DNA from: Felis catus
Lineage: Eukaryota
Length of the DNA stretch: 64,000 bases
Assembly (NCBI RefSeq): GCF_018350175.1
Contig: NC_058368.1
Location: 12,400,001-12,464,000 of the forward strand
Reading direction: 5' to 3'
Made by a program: the position numbers and the translations under genes
Part shown: piece after piece, positions 37,417-49,944 of the stretch
How positions within the stretch are numbered: the first letter of the stretch is position 1
How the letters are laid out: every line of letters starts with the position of its first letter
The notes under the pieces: model-generated
The model's input: only the letters and a program-made list of their open reading frames with translations
Database searches by the model: none
Told to the model about the DNA's origin: nothing

Positions 37417-38214
37417 AAGATCTACCCACAATGTTATTAAAACTTATTAATTTTACTTACAAAAAATATTGTACCTCCACAGCAAGACATGATCTTGACC
37501 AGAAGTGAGTTCCCCCTATTATTTTGTTTTATTTTTCTTTTACTCTGTGTTTTCTATCATAGCTATTTGTCTACTTTTGGCATCTCCTCTACAAAGACTA
37601 AAAAGGAAACATTAAAAACTTCATTCAGCAAATATTTACTGATCATCTACTATCAGTGGGAGACTGAGAATACAATGGCGAATAAGATCAATATAGTTAG
37701 TATCGGCCTTCAAGGATCTTACACTACAGTTACGAATTAAAAAATGCTGACCATAATTGGCTGAGAAAAAGAGCCCATGAAAGATTAAAGGATTTCATTA
37801 GGACATTGATAGCTATTAGCCCCAAGCTTTTGATGTCGAATTGACCACAAGGACCAGATAGACTCATTTAACTATTCTTCACCAGACATTTAAGGAATAC
37901 CTGGTGTATCCTAGTCACTAAACCTTCAAAGAATTGACAGATGATGATTCATAGTGAGTTAAAGAAGAGTGCACTATGTTAGCCTGGGGATAAAACTGGG
38001 GTTAGGTGGAGTCTCATCTCTTTTACATCTCTGTGTCCTCCACAGTGATTAGAGAACACCTTATCCAGAGGAAAGATACAGCTGGTTAATCAAGAAAGTA
38101 AAATTCACCTTACAGAGTGGATAGAAAATCAGCAGTGAATGTCCCTGTTGCTAAAACATATTAAAACATATGTTGATTATAAATGTTTTAGCAATGGGGA
38201 TAGTCATGAATTCA

Positions 38215-38460
38215 ACAACTATTCATTTATTATTAGTGAGTATCCGCTAGGTGCCATGTACTATGCTAACCATTAGGCACAAAGAAACGAAAGATGTAGA
38301 CCCTCCTTATGTGGGGGATAAAGTAACAATAGTGACAATACCCTTTAGTAAGTATTATGATATGTCAAAACACAGGGTTTTACAGAAATGTGCAGGACGG
38401 CCTTGTCACCCATGTAGGGGTGGAGGGGGCTTCTGGATCCAGTTTGAAGGTTTGCATATA
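38215..38460 (-). mobile_element. L2 fragment
   Basis: ATTCATTTATT...GAGTATCCGCTAGGTGCCATGTACTATGCTA. Confidence 0.55.
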
Positions 38461-39132
38461 TTCCCCCTATCTGTATCTTAGAGCTAGATCCTGGATCTAC
38501 AAAAGCCCCAGATATACATTAGAATTCAGATTTTATGTAAATCTATCTGTGCTTATACCATTCCTATAACTTCTTCCTTTGGAGAGCACACATAAAAATG
38601 TGAACCTCGTTGGTCAAAAACCACCACATATTTTTCATTTATGATCAAATATTTTAAAGGATTACTGGTATAAGAGCAAGTGTGGTGCCTCTTTATCTGT
38701 CAGTTTTACCAAAGAGATCGCTCTTTACAGAAGTTTCTGGGCAGACTTCCATTGTTTCATTCCATTATTGGATTTCTTGGCCCTCAACACAAAGGGACTA
38801 TATTTAGAGGGACAATAGTCCTACTCCACATGGAGCTTTATAGTAGTATTTGCTTCAGGACACTTGGCAAAACCCACACAGCTGATTGTCTCCAGAGGAA
38901 GAACAATTAAATCATGGCCATCTCCTCCCACAACGATCGTCACCGTTGCTTTAGAATTAACCCATTTCCCAATTAGCTGTTTTTAAATTTCTTCCTTTGA
39001 TTACTCCTACTAAAATGTTTCTGAATATATAAGTGATACACAGTGCACAGAGAAAATAGAGCCTTGATATGCCTTGACATGCCTGACATGGATGTAAGAA
39101 CAGAGTTCACAGTATATATATATTAAAAAAAA

Positions 39133-39582
39133 TTTTTTTTACATTTATTTATTTTTTATTTATTTATTTTTTTAATTTATTTTTGGGACAGAGAGAGACA
39201 GAGCATGAACGGGGGAGGGGCAGAGAGAGAGGGAGACACAGAATCGAAAACAGGCTCCAGGCTCTGAGCCATCAGCCCAGAGCCCGACGTGGGGCTCGAA
39301 CTCACGGACCGCGAGATCGTGACCTGGCTGAAGTCGGACGCTTAACCGACTGCGCCACCCAGGCGCCCCAACATTTATTTATTTTTGAGAGACAGAGTGA
39401 GACAGAGCACAAGCAGGGGAGGGGCAGAGAGAGAAGGAGACACAGAATCTGAAGCAGGCTCCAGGCACCGAGCAAGTGTTCAGCACAGAGCCCAACGCGG
39501 GGCCCGAACCCAGGAACTGCGAGATCATGACTTGAGCCAAAGTCGGTCAGTCACCTAAACGACTGAGCCACCCAGGTGCCCC
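39133..39582 (-). mobile_element. SINEC host element (body 39387-39582, tail split by a younger insertion)
   Basis: TSD ACAGTATATATA at 39109-39120 and 39585-39596. Confidence 0.92.
39157..39369 (-). mobile_element. Young SINEC_Fc-type element nested in the host's tail
   Basis: CpG-intact. TSD ACATTTATTTATTTTT at 39141-39156 and 39371-39386. Confidence 0.96.
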
Positions 39583-40809
39583 AGACAGTATATATATTTT
39601 AAATCTTGGAAAAGTATCTGTCACTATGCATACTTGCATTTCTTGAAGGCATTAAGCCTGGACCCTGTGATCTGTTCATTTATTTTTTCTAATTTCCTAT
39701 CAAAGTCTCCGCGAAACTTATTTGCCTTGTAGGACTGCACATTTGCTCCCGTATGGTGCCTGATGGTTGCCCACAATAAGTGTGCTGGGAATCTCTCCAG
39801 AGCTCTGGGGTCCGCAAGACCACCAAGGATCTCATGATGGTCATTTTGCCTCTTACTGAGCTCCTTCATCAAATACTTAATTTTGTGATTCTCTAACAAA
39901 CGCAGCTTCCTGCAGACTTAAAACTGATCGTAGTCGAGAAATTCAGTTTTAAACTTGCACAACCACCGGCTGTGTATTAGGCATGATGTTGAATAATTCG
40001 GGAAACTGTCTTAATATAAAAGCTCAATCTGGGCAGTTTTGATATAGAAGAGTCCACCCACCATTGTAGTGAGCTTAAGCCCTGTTCCCTCCATGACACC
40101 TTCCATGACCATACACTCATTCTTCCCTCTCTGAACTCTTAAAAAGTGTGAAGTGAAATTAAAGAGTTGCGGGTCCAGAGGATGGCTCAGGACCCTAGAG
40201 GAAGCCACAGAGCTAGGTGAGGTAAGCCGGAGTCTTCACAATAGGGGCCACAGTGAGAATGGGAGCTATGGGTCAGCTCTCTGCAAGGAGACACCTGACC
40301 AAATAAAAGGAAGGTAGAGGAGAGAAGCTGGTGTGATGTCTACATTTACAAAGCACAGGCTGAGCCAGTGATGCAATTGGCGGGCAAACTGGAAAGAAGA
40401 TCAGGAGAGAAGAGTCGTGTTCAACCGTAGTTTCATCCAAATACACTGAACAACGAACCCTCCTAAAACACACTGGCAGGTAGCTTTCTGTGGTAATCTG
40501 AAATAACTGTCTTGTGTTTAGGTTTTCCTATTCCTACCCAGGATATTTGTCACAATTTTTTTTAAATTTGCAATTTTTTAGAGTGTGCACATAACAGCAG
40601 AAAAGGCAGCCATAAGCAGATACCAATATTCTTCACTGGGAATGAATGGGACAGGAAGAGTTTCTTTGGAATAAAAGGTATTCCCTCCAAGAGGCGGACT
40701 GAGGATGGAGGCAACACATGCTCTTAAGCCCTGACCAGATGATTCCTAGTGTTTTTCCTCCAGACAGCATCTCATTCCTAGTAAATGACAAGTATTGTAA
40801 GTGACTTAC

Positions 40810-40852
40810 CTCGCATCTGTTTTCTAGAACCTTCCATGGACATTATGCTTCC
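40810..40852 (-). other. Candidate 43-nt unannotated exon
   Basis: Acceptor ccatccccttccttccccag|G and donor GAG|GTAAGT. Open frame ends in phase 1. Confidence 0.3.
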
Positions 40853-41519
40853 CTGGGGAAGGAAGGGGATGGCTATGGACAAATGCTAGAGACGTGTAAA
40901 GGCCTTTCACTTCCTGGACTGTGGACACTTAGGAACACACGAACACACCGCATGGAGTTGTCTGTGCTCTTTTCGCCCGCAAGTCTAGATGGCGGCAGGC
41001 AGTGTCACTCAGTTCTTGGGACGGCGCCTTGCTGACACCCTCCTGGATGCTGGTGGTTCTTCCAGGTATAAATCCATTAACGATGAGATTTCATGAAAGG
41101 AAATTATTATGGGATTGCAGAGGGGAAATATATACTTAAAAATATTTTCCTGGGATTACAATAGAGTGCTTTGTACCCTCCAGGCTTCTCTATATGTGAA
41201 AGTTAACACATCTCTAGGCTGGAATTCAGTCCATCTGCACAAACTGATAAACAGCAGTGCCTCCATCACTGTGGGCAACCTAGCAGGGCAGGTTAATAAA
41301 ATACTCCCAAATCTCTCATGATATGAAACTTGCACTGCTGGTTCTTCTTCTTTCATATTGATAAAAAATAATAAGCCGAATGAATGTGAGCATTCATAAA
41401 ATGTTATGAATATTCTGAACTTTTTTAAAATAGAAGGCTTTACTTATTTCCCCCTGAATAAAATTCAATATGTGAGATAAAATCTTTTCAGCTTCTACTC
41501 TTTGTGTATAAGGCCTCTA

Positions 41520-41740
41520 GAGACAGCAGGATAGAGCAGAATTTAGGGAGAATCTAAGTTTAAATCCCAGCTAAGTGACTTCATTAGCTGTGCTCTAGGC
41601 AGCCTACCTAACCTCTCTGAGCTTCTGTTCCCTTATTTGTAAAATAGAGATAGGAGGTATCTACCTCATGCCATGATTTTGACTATTAAATTGGGTAATG
41701 AAGTGCTTTACAAACTGTAAATTTCAGTTATAATATTATC
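41520..41740 (+). mobile_element. MIR
   Basis: TAACCTCTCTGAGCTTCTGTTCCCTTATTTGTAAAATAGAGATA. Confidence 0.8.
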
Positions 41741-41821
41741 TGTTTCATCACTTCTAGCCTGAAGTTATTCATTTCCTTATTCATTTAGCAAAAAAAAAAA
41801 AAAAAAAAAAGTATAATCCTT

Positions 41822-42049
41822 TTATTTATTTATTTATTTCTATTTTTTAATGTTTATTTATAATTGAGAGGCAGAGACAAAACATGAGCGGGAGAGGGGC
41901 AGAGAGAGGAGGAGACACAGAATCCAAAGCAGGCTTCAGGCTCCAAGCTGTTAGCACAGAGCCCAAGGCAGGGCCAGAACTCACAAACCATGAGATCATG
42001 ACCTGAGCCGAAGTCGGACGCTCAATCAACTGAGCCACCCAGGCACCCC
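41822..42049 (-). mobile_element. SINEC (felid type), preceded by an A21 run (41790-41810)
   Basis: TSD AGTATAmTCCTT at 41810-41821 and 42051-42062. Confidence 0.95.
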
Positions 42050-43681
42050 TAGTATACTCCTTCTAGGCCCTGGAATACAGAGATAAAATTATAAAGGGTC
42101 CGAGTTTCCAGAGAATACGCCAGGCTCAAGGAGAATAGGTAGCCATGGTAGGAAATGAAGCCAATGGTGGTGCCAAGTCCTGGTCTCAGTGTAAGTGGAA
42201 AGCAACTTAATAGGTAGAGACATTATTTAGACTACGCTTTCCTTGCATGTGATTATCTTAGAAACTTCTACGTAAGTGGAAAGATGGTATAGTTGTTTCA
42301 ATCCCTGAAAAACACCAAATGCCATTGCTCTAAGAAAAACAATAATGCCTCAAGATGTGTCTACCATTGAACATGCGGTTCCTATCGGAGCAAATGGCTA
42401 TTGTTTTTCTTTAGAAAGTCATGCTTAAAGCATTGCGTGACACATCTACGTTTTGCTTGACAAAATAGACACAAAAGCTACAATAACATCATACCAACAA
42501 ATCATTTTTACTGTTTATCTTATGGTTTCCTTTGCTTTGACTATAAAAATCTGAGGTTCCACATTTAAGTCCATGTATGTATTAAAGAGAAACAACTCAT
42601 TCTGCCCTAAGGAGAAAATGCTACATTCCTTTTCCCCTTTCTCCTTTTCTCTGAATGGCAATCATAGGTTCTAGATGCCACCTAGCTGGGGAAGATAGTC
42701 TTTCAAGTTAGAATTCCCTTGTCAGGGGCATTTCCCCCCTAAATTCCTGTCTTGAGAAAGGGCATCCTGTCTTTCCTGCTCCTCCCCCACTCGTCTTTTT
42801 CCCACTTCCCTCCTTCCTACCTCCATTCTCTTATTTTCTATGATTCTACATTTCAGCATTTGTGCTGGCATCAGGGTGCAGGTTAAGGTCAAGAGATGGC
42901 ATCATTAACACAAACAGAAAATGAGAAACCTGTCTATTTTGATGTTTTTGGCATGCATACTTTCTGATATGTTATACTTTCTGCTACGTAGACTTGTTCC
43001 TTACAAATGAGTCAGTTTAGACAGTAATGTTAATTTATTTGAGTAGACATGTGGCAACATAGCTCTCTTCTGCAAATAAAAAAAAATCCTGCTGAATAAA
43101 TATGTGGATATCTGTTATTGGACTCAGAGACACATTTTACTTTGGAACATTTCATTCGATCAAAGTAACAACAACATTTCTAATAACAAACAAAAACTGT
43201 CCACGAAGAATGATCCATTTGTTGAGTCAGACTTATCACAATTCTAATGAAAGTCTTTCCTTAGGTAAAAACCTTCTCAGTTCTCCCTTAGCCAGTTGTA
43301 ATGAGTTACCAAATGTTTATATCCTCATTAGTAGAACTGAAGTCTCAACTGAAACCCTTATTTCCTTTTAATCAAAATGGCTAGCTTTTGCTGTCAGATA
43401 TTTTTAAATCTGAGAATATGAGTAAGAATTGTATAAACATCTAGTAAAAATATATATATAATTTAAAATGTATTGTTACGAAAAAAAATTTTTTTGATTT
43501 ATCATAAGTTCATTGCCCTAGAGACATATTTTTTGGAAAAACAGGGTATTCAGAATGAAGAATTTGCTACTCCAATGGGAAATAATCATTACTTTTTAAT
43601 TAATATAAACAAATTGCTTACTTTATTAATTAAAAGTTCACATGAGCCAAATAAGGAGAAGCCTCCAACCCTACTGAATAA

Positions 43682-43887
43682 TTTTTAAGTTTATTTATTT
43701 ATTTTGAGATACAGACAGACCACGAGCAGAAGAGAGGCAAAGAGAGATAGGGAGAGAGAATCCCAAGCAGTCTCTGCACCGTCAGCACAGAGCCCAATGT
43801 GGGGCTCAAACTCGTGAACCACGAGACCATGACCTGAGCTGAAACCAAGAGTCAGATGCTTAACCGAATGAGTCACCCAGATGTCCC
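43682..43887 (-). mobile_element. SINEC
   Basis: TSD CTACTGAATA at 43671-43680 and 43889-43898. Confidence 0.95.
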
Positions 43888-44797
43888 TCTACTGAATATT
43901 TTCATTCGTATGCCTTTCAGGCATCCTGATATGGGATCAGTAATCCTGGACCCTTTGCTTCCTACTTGCTATGGCATCATGCCTAAATATCTTTGCACGT
44001 GCTGCTGATCCTTGCCAGAGCGTCCTTCCCTCCTCCCCACCCTTTGGTGAATTTTTGCTTATTCTTAAAAATTCACCTTCTACGTCACCTATTCTGGAAA
44101 GCATTCCACAACTTATTTCTCCAAATTTCCACTGTCCTCTAACTTGTTGGCTGTCCATGATACACAGAACCCCAAGAAAATGTCTTCACCTATCTTGTAG
44201 CTGAATTCAAACCCAGGTTTGTCAGGGCACTAAAGCTGCTGTCCTTCCCTACTACCAGCTTGCATTGGTGCTTTATTCCCATGTATCTCATACTTAGTAA
44301 TTAAGCTCTTGATACTAGAAGGTATGTTCTTTACAATTACAGAGTATAGTATATTCTGTGCAGAATGTATGTAATTACTAAGAATCTAAGAATATTTAGG
44401 TTATAGAAAAAGAAAGAGCTAAAACATAACACATTTTTTTTTTAAGTTGGAAAGCCCACCCTTTCATTGACAGTTACAGTGGTTTATGTAGGCTCTGAAT
44501 GGTGTGTGCGGTCTACAACATCCTTGGGAAGAAACAACATCAAACACTTCCTAAAATATTTTATCAAGGAAGAGACATATGCCATATCTTCACTGTTGTA
44601 AATTAAAATGAGCTTACTCTACCTAGAACATAGTTCCCCTTGGATGCCTGTCTTAGTAACACAAAAGTGACGCAAAAACTATAGTAACTTGATTTAATGG
44701 ATGAAAGCTCATGGCAAAACTTAACTTCTCCACTTCATTTCATCAAATCCTTCCACTCAACTAATACCTTGCAAGAATATTCATTATGATCTAAGCA

Positions 44798-45014
44798 GGG
44801 TGCCTATTTGGCTCAGTTGATTGGGCATCTGACTCTTAATTTCAGTTCAGGTCATGATCTCATGATTCTTGGGATTGAGCCCCATGTCAGGCTCTGTGCT
44901 GACTGTGTGGAGCCTGCTTGGGATTCTCTCTCTCCCTCTCTCTCTGGCCCTCCCCCACTCATGCATGCTCTCTCTCTCTCTCTCTCTCAAAATAAATAAA
45001 TAAACATTAAAAAA
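44798..45014 (+). mobile_element. SINEC
   Basis: Flanking repeat TATsATCTAAGC. Confidence 0.94.
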
Positions 45015-45794
45015 TGTATCATCTAAGCCTCTGGTCAACCTTATTCAAAAGAGGCTGAGAGTTAAAATTAAATAATACAAGTGTGAATTTATTTGCATAT
45101 ACCAGACTTCACATTTTGTATGTATTACAGAAGCTCCCTTTAGGGACTTTTAAATGGCTGCCTCTGGAATGAAAAGAGCTCTCTTAAAGACTCCTGATTG
45201 GCTGAGCTATTATCTACTAACAGCATGGTAGCTAGAGACTTTTTGTGATCCCTTTATAATTAAATGAAACAATATTTATGGATTTCAGGGATAGTGTACT
45301 TTAAGACAGAGGATCCCAGACTTAGAGACTTTATAGCCTGGGAATAATTTCAAAAGAGAGTTTAGGAGTAATACTAAAGTTACCTACCTTCTAATTTTGC
45401 TGGGTCAAGGAATTCACCACCACCACCATCATTAACACTTAAAAAAATGGCATTTAAAACATCAAAAGGAAGAAAGGCCATAACCTCATAATAAAGAAAA
45501 AATTATCAGTTAAAAACATTATATAATATTTTCTCCATGAAGTCATGAAAGTTTCATCAGATTGCCATCCACTCACCAGCATTTTGGAAGCACTGGTCAA
45601 TGCATCTACATGGTTGTAAATTTATCTTTAAAGTGCATGCCAGGGGCTTCTGTGTTGTCATTTTACCATGTGGTTCTTGTAGTTAGTAAGTGTAGCTGCT
45701 TTAACAAGCCAGGTTCATGAAAGCATTGAGCTTTGATAATAAAATTGAAGTAATTACCATGCTGTATGATTTATCTTTTAAGAATTATGTAAGA

Positions 45795-46520
45795 TTGTTA
45801 AGGGGAATGCAAATTGGTGCAGCCACTGTGGAAAACAGTATGGAGGTTTCTCAAAAAAATTAAGAATAGAAATACCCTATGATCCAGTAATTCCACTTCT
45901 GGGAATTTACCCAAAGAAAATGAAAAAAAACTAATTTGAAGAGACATACACACCCCTATGTTTATTGCAGCATTATTTACAATAGCCAAAATATGAAAGC
46001 AATCTAAGCATAGATCAATAGATGAATGGATAAAAAAGAAATGGTATATATACACAATGGAATATTACTGAGTCATAAAACAGAACGACATCTTGCCATT
46101 CACTATATAACATGAATCGACCTAGAGGGTATTATGCTAAGTAAAATAAGTTAGACCAAGAAAGGCAAATACCATATGATTTCACTTACATGTGGAATCT
46201 AAAAAAACAAACAATAAAAAAGAAACAGACTCACAAAAACAGAGAACTAGTGGTTGCCAGAAGGGAGGAAGTGAGGGGACAGACAAAATACCTGAAAGGA
46301 ATTAAGATATACAAACTTCCAGTTATAAAATTAATAACTCATGGGGATGAAAGGTATAGCATAGGAAATACAGTCAATAATACTGTAATAACTTTGTATG
46401 GTAACGCATGGTAACTATACTTCTCACTGTAAGCATTTTATAATGTATGTACTTGTCAGATCACTCTGTTGTATAACTAAAACTAATATGCCAACTATAC
46501 TTCAATTAAAAATAAAATTT
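45795..46520 (+). mobile_element. Old 5'-truncated L1 (ORF2 C-terminus and 3' UTR), degraded
   Basis: GGGAATGCAAATTGGTGCAGCCACTGTGGAAAACAGTATGGAG...GATGAATGGATAAA...CAACTATACTTCAATTAAAAA. Confidence 0.92.
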
Positions 46521-46524
46521 ACAA

Positions 46525-46730
46525 GGGTGCCTGGGTGGCTCAGTCAGTTAAGCATTCGACTCTTGATTTTGGCTCAGGTCATGATTTCACAGTTGAGGGA
46601 TCAAGCCCTGTGTTGGGCTCTGTGCTGGGATTCTCTCTCCCTTTCTCTCCCCCTCCATCTCTGTCTGTCCCTTCCCCAAGCACATGCACACAGTCTCTCT
46701 CAAAATAAATAAATAAATAAAAATTTTTTT
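46525..46730 (+). mobile_element. SINEC inserted at the L1 tail
   Basis: SINEC body with (AAAT)n tail. Confidence 0.93.
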
Positions 46731-46742
46731 AAATTTAATTTA

Positions 46743-46963
46743 GGGCGCCTGGGTGGCTCAGTCGGTTAGGCGGCCGGTTTCGGCTCAGGTCATGATCTCC
46801 CGGTCCGTGAGTTCGAGCCCCGTGTCGGGCTCTGTGCTGACAGCTCAGAGCCTGGAGCCTGTTTCACATTATGTGTCTCCCTCTCTCTGACCCTCCCTTG
46901 TTCATGCTCTATCTCTCCCTGTCTCAAAAATAAATAAATGTTAAAAAAATAAAAAAACAAAAA
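46743..46963 (+). mobile_element. Younger SINEC (felid type)
   Basis: TSD AAATTTAATTT at 46731-46741 and 46964-46974. Confidence 0.95.
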
Positions 46964-47314
46964 AAATTTAATTTGCCCATGTCACATAATTAGTATGTAA
47001 TGGAGCCAAGGTTTGAAACCAGGTCAGTCAGACTCAAAGGACTTTAAACAGCATGAAAATCAAAATTAGAACCTTAAAATCTTAAAATTAGATATTGGGA
47101 TATCATGTGATCCAGGCTTCCATCTTCACTAAGGTATTATATACTTCAAATGATGCTAGAACAAAGTATTATCACTCTCATTTTATAGATGAAACAACAG
47201 GTTACAGAGATATTATAGCCCAGTCAGTTTGGAAAGTAATCCAACAAATAACAATTTACTTATCCTGACTTGTAGAGGACAGCAATTCATTTTAATATAA
47301 GAGTGAAGGATTCC

Positions 47315-48326
47315 AGGACATTTCAATGGGGAAAGAATAGTCTTTTCAACAAATGATGCTGGGACAACTGGGTATACACATGCAAACCAATGAAGTTGGA
47401 TCCTCTCACACTATATACTCAAGTTAACTCAAATGAATCAGAGACAGAAATGTAAGAGTTAAAACTATTAAGCTCTTTTTTTAAGTGTATTTATTTATAT
47501 TTACAGAGAGAGAGAGAACAAGTAGGGGAAGGGCAGAGGGAGAGAAAGAGAGAATCACAGGCAGGGGCTGGATTCCACAAACTGTGAGATCATGACCTGA
47601 GCTGAAACCAAAAGTCCAACACTTAACTGACTGAGCCACCCAGGCGCCCCCAAACTATTAAACTCTTAAAGGAAAACGTAAGTAAAGATTTTTATGGATG
47701 TGGAGAAATTTGAATCCAGAATGCAAAATGTGCAGCCATTTTGGAAAACTGACAGTTCCTCAAAAGGTAAGACACAGAGTTACCATATCACCTAGCAATT
47801 CCATTTATAGATATATATCCGAGAAAACTGAAAACATATGTTCACACAAAAACATGTACACGAATGCTCATAGAAACATGATGCATAATATCTGAAAAGT
47901 GGGGACAACCCAAATATGCATCAACCGATGAGCAGATAAACAAAATATGGTATATCCATACAAGGGAATATTATTCAGCCATAAAAAGGAATAAAGTACT
48001 AACGCATGCTACAACATAGATGAACCTTGAAAACACTGTGCTGAGTGAAAGAAGCTAGACACAGAGGCATACATCATATGATTATATTTAAATGAAATGT
48101 GTGTAATAGGCAAATTCATAGAGACAGAAAGTGGCTCAGCATTGCCAAGGGCTGGGAGGAGGGAGAAAGAGGGTGTGATTTCTAATAGGCATTTGGAGGT
48201 GACAGAAATGTGCCAGAATCAGATGGTGGTAATGGTTGTAAAACTTTGTGAAAATACTAAAAACTACTGAGGTATATACATTTTATAAGGGTGAATTTTT
48301 TGTAAGTTATATCTCAATAAAAAAAA
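47315..48326 (+). mobile_element. L1MB-like 3' fragment with internal deletion
   Basis: CAATGGGGAAAGAATAGTCTTTTCAACAAATG...ATTCAGCCATAAAAAGGAATAAAGTACT...TATCTCAATAAA. Confidence 0.9.
47478..47650 (-). mobile_element. SINEC inserted in the L1
   Basis: TSD AAACTATTAArCTCTT at 47462-47477 and 47652-47667. Confidence 0.93.
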
Positions 48327-48384
48327 TATTTTTTAAAGAATGTGATTCTAACAATAATTAAATTATCTTTGTGAATCTGGAGAA

Positions 48385-48565
48385 ACAGCACAGTGGAACG
48401 GAAAGAGTGCTGAATCAAGAGACCTGAGTACCTGCCACCTTTCTGCTACCAAGATCACTGTGATGATGGGTCAATTATTCACGCTCCCGGGTCTTTGGTG
48501 AGGACTTATCAAATAAGGAGTTGGATTCACAGATGATCTCTAGAGTCGCCTTCAGTTCCGCAGCT
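48385..48565 (+). mobile_element. MIR3/MIRc fragment
   Basis: GGAAAGAGTGCTGAATCAAGAGACCTGAGT...AGATGATCTCTAGAGTCGCCTTCAGTTC. Confidence 0.65.
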
Positions 48566-49616
48566 CAATGTTTCCAAGTCTATACAAAAACTTAATATTT
48601 GTACAAAACCACAACAGAGATGAGATACGCATTTGTATGCTCCTTACCATACTTGTGTAGTTTAATGGGTGAGAGCACACCTTTGCAGGAGCCATACTGT
48701 CCAAGCCTTTGAAAGCCCTGCTCAGCCATGTGCTAAATGCCTGACTTTAGACAAGTTACTCCACCTCATTCCGCCTCAGTTTCCTCCTGTAAAACTGAGT
48801 ATTAGATGACTTTGTATTTGGCAAGCACTAATCATAAAGCATACTAATAGATGTTTAAAACAAAATAAGGTGATTACAGCTTTTGGCTACTTCTAGAATT
48901 AAAGAGCGATTGCTGACTATCTAGATTGTAGAAAGGGGTGTACCTAGTGATTTTTTTTCTTCCAAATGTTATTTCTTTCAGTCCTTACACAAAGATTTAA
49001 GGTACTCGCTTTACATAAGGAAACAGTCAGCTCTACTGAGTGACTTGGGCCAGGAGCTCTCACTCTAAAGCTCTGCCCCCTCCCCCTCCCCCAGGTCCTC
49101 CCAAAATAGAGGCCACACACCAGGATGCCAGGGTCCTGCCTGTGCTGGGATCAGGGCAATGCAGGGTTTCTTGGAATAGTGGATGTGGAGGTTAGCTAAC
49201 CAGTATGAGAAAAATAACATTCGTCTGAATATGACCCGAAGTTTTACGTCCTTCTTCCAGCTCAACTTATATAATTTTTTCAGAACCTGGAAATTCCCAA
49301 AGTATGTTTATACTATATATTTTATGTATGTTTCTCTAAATCACATTTCTATCCATAGATATTTTTTCAAATGATCAAAAGATGGAAATCTAGACGGAAA
49401 GCTGGACTAGCAAATTTTCAGGAAAAGTCATGACACCCTCCATCATTCATGTCAGTATACGCACACTCATTCTTCCATTATAAACATATCATTAAAGGTT
49501 AGTCATGGACTAGTCGTGTTTCTAATTTTGAATGTTTGAAATAATTTCTAGATTTTTAAGGACATTTACAAGTCACACAATCAACTTTATGGAGACCATT
49601 AAACATTGTGCATGTA

Positions 49617-49775
49617 GGGGCACCTGCATGGCTCGCTTCTGACCCTTGATTTCGGCTCAGGTCGTGATCTCACGGTTTGTGAGATCAAACCCCGCAAACT
49701 GGGGCTTCTCTCTCTCTCCCTCTCTGTCTCTCTCCTGCATGTGTTCTCTGTCTCTCAAAATAAATAATAAATAAG
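49617..49775 (+). mobile_element. SINEC, internally deleted
   Basis: GGGGCACCTG...GATTTCGGCTCAGGTCGTGATCTCACGG...(CT)n...AATAAA. Confidence 0.9.
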
Positions 49776-49944
49776 CATTTAGTGTATTTTATTTGCTAGG
49801 AATAACATTTCTGTTGTTTAAAACTGACTGAATACTTCTAGGCAGGCCTGTTCCTTCCTCTTTACTTTTGTTTACAGCATTCTCTGCACCTCATAACCCT
49901 GATTTCTATTAGTTCCATTATGAATAAAGGTAATAAAAAATAAA

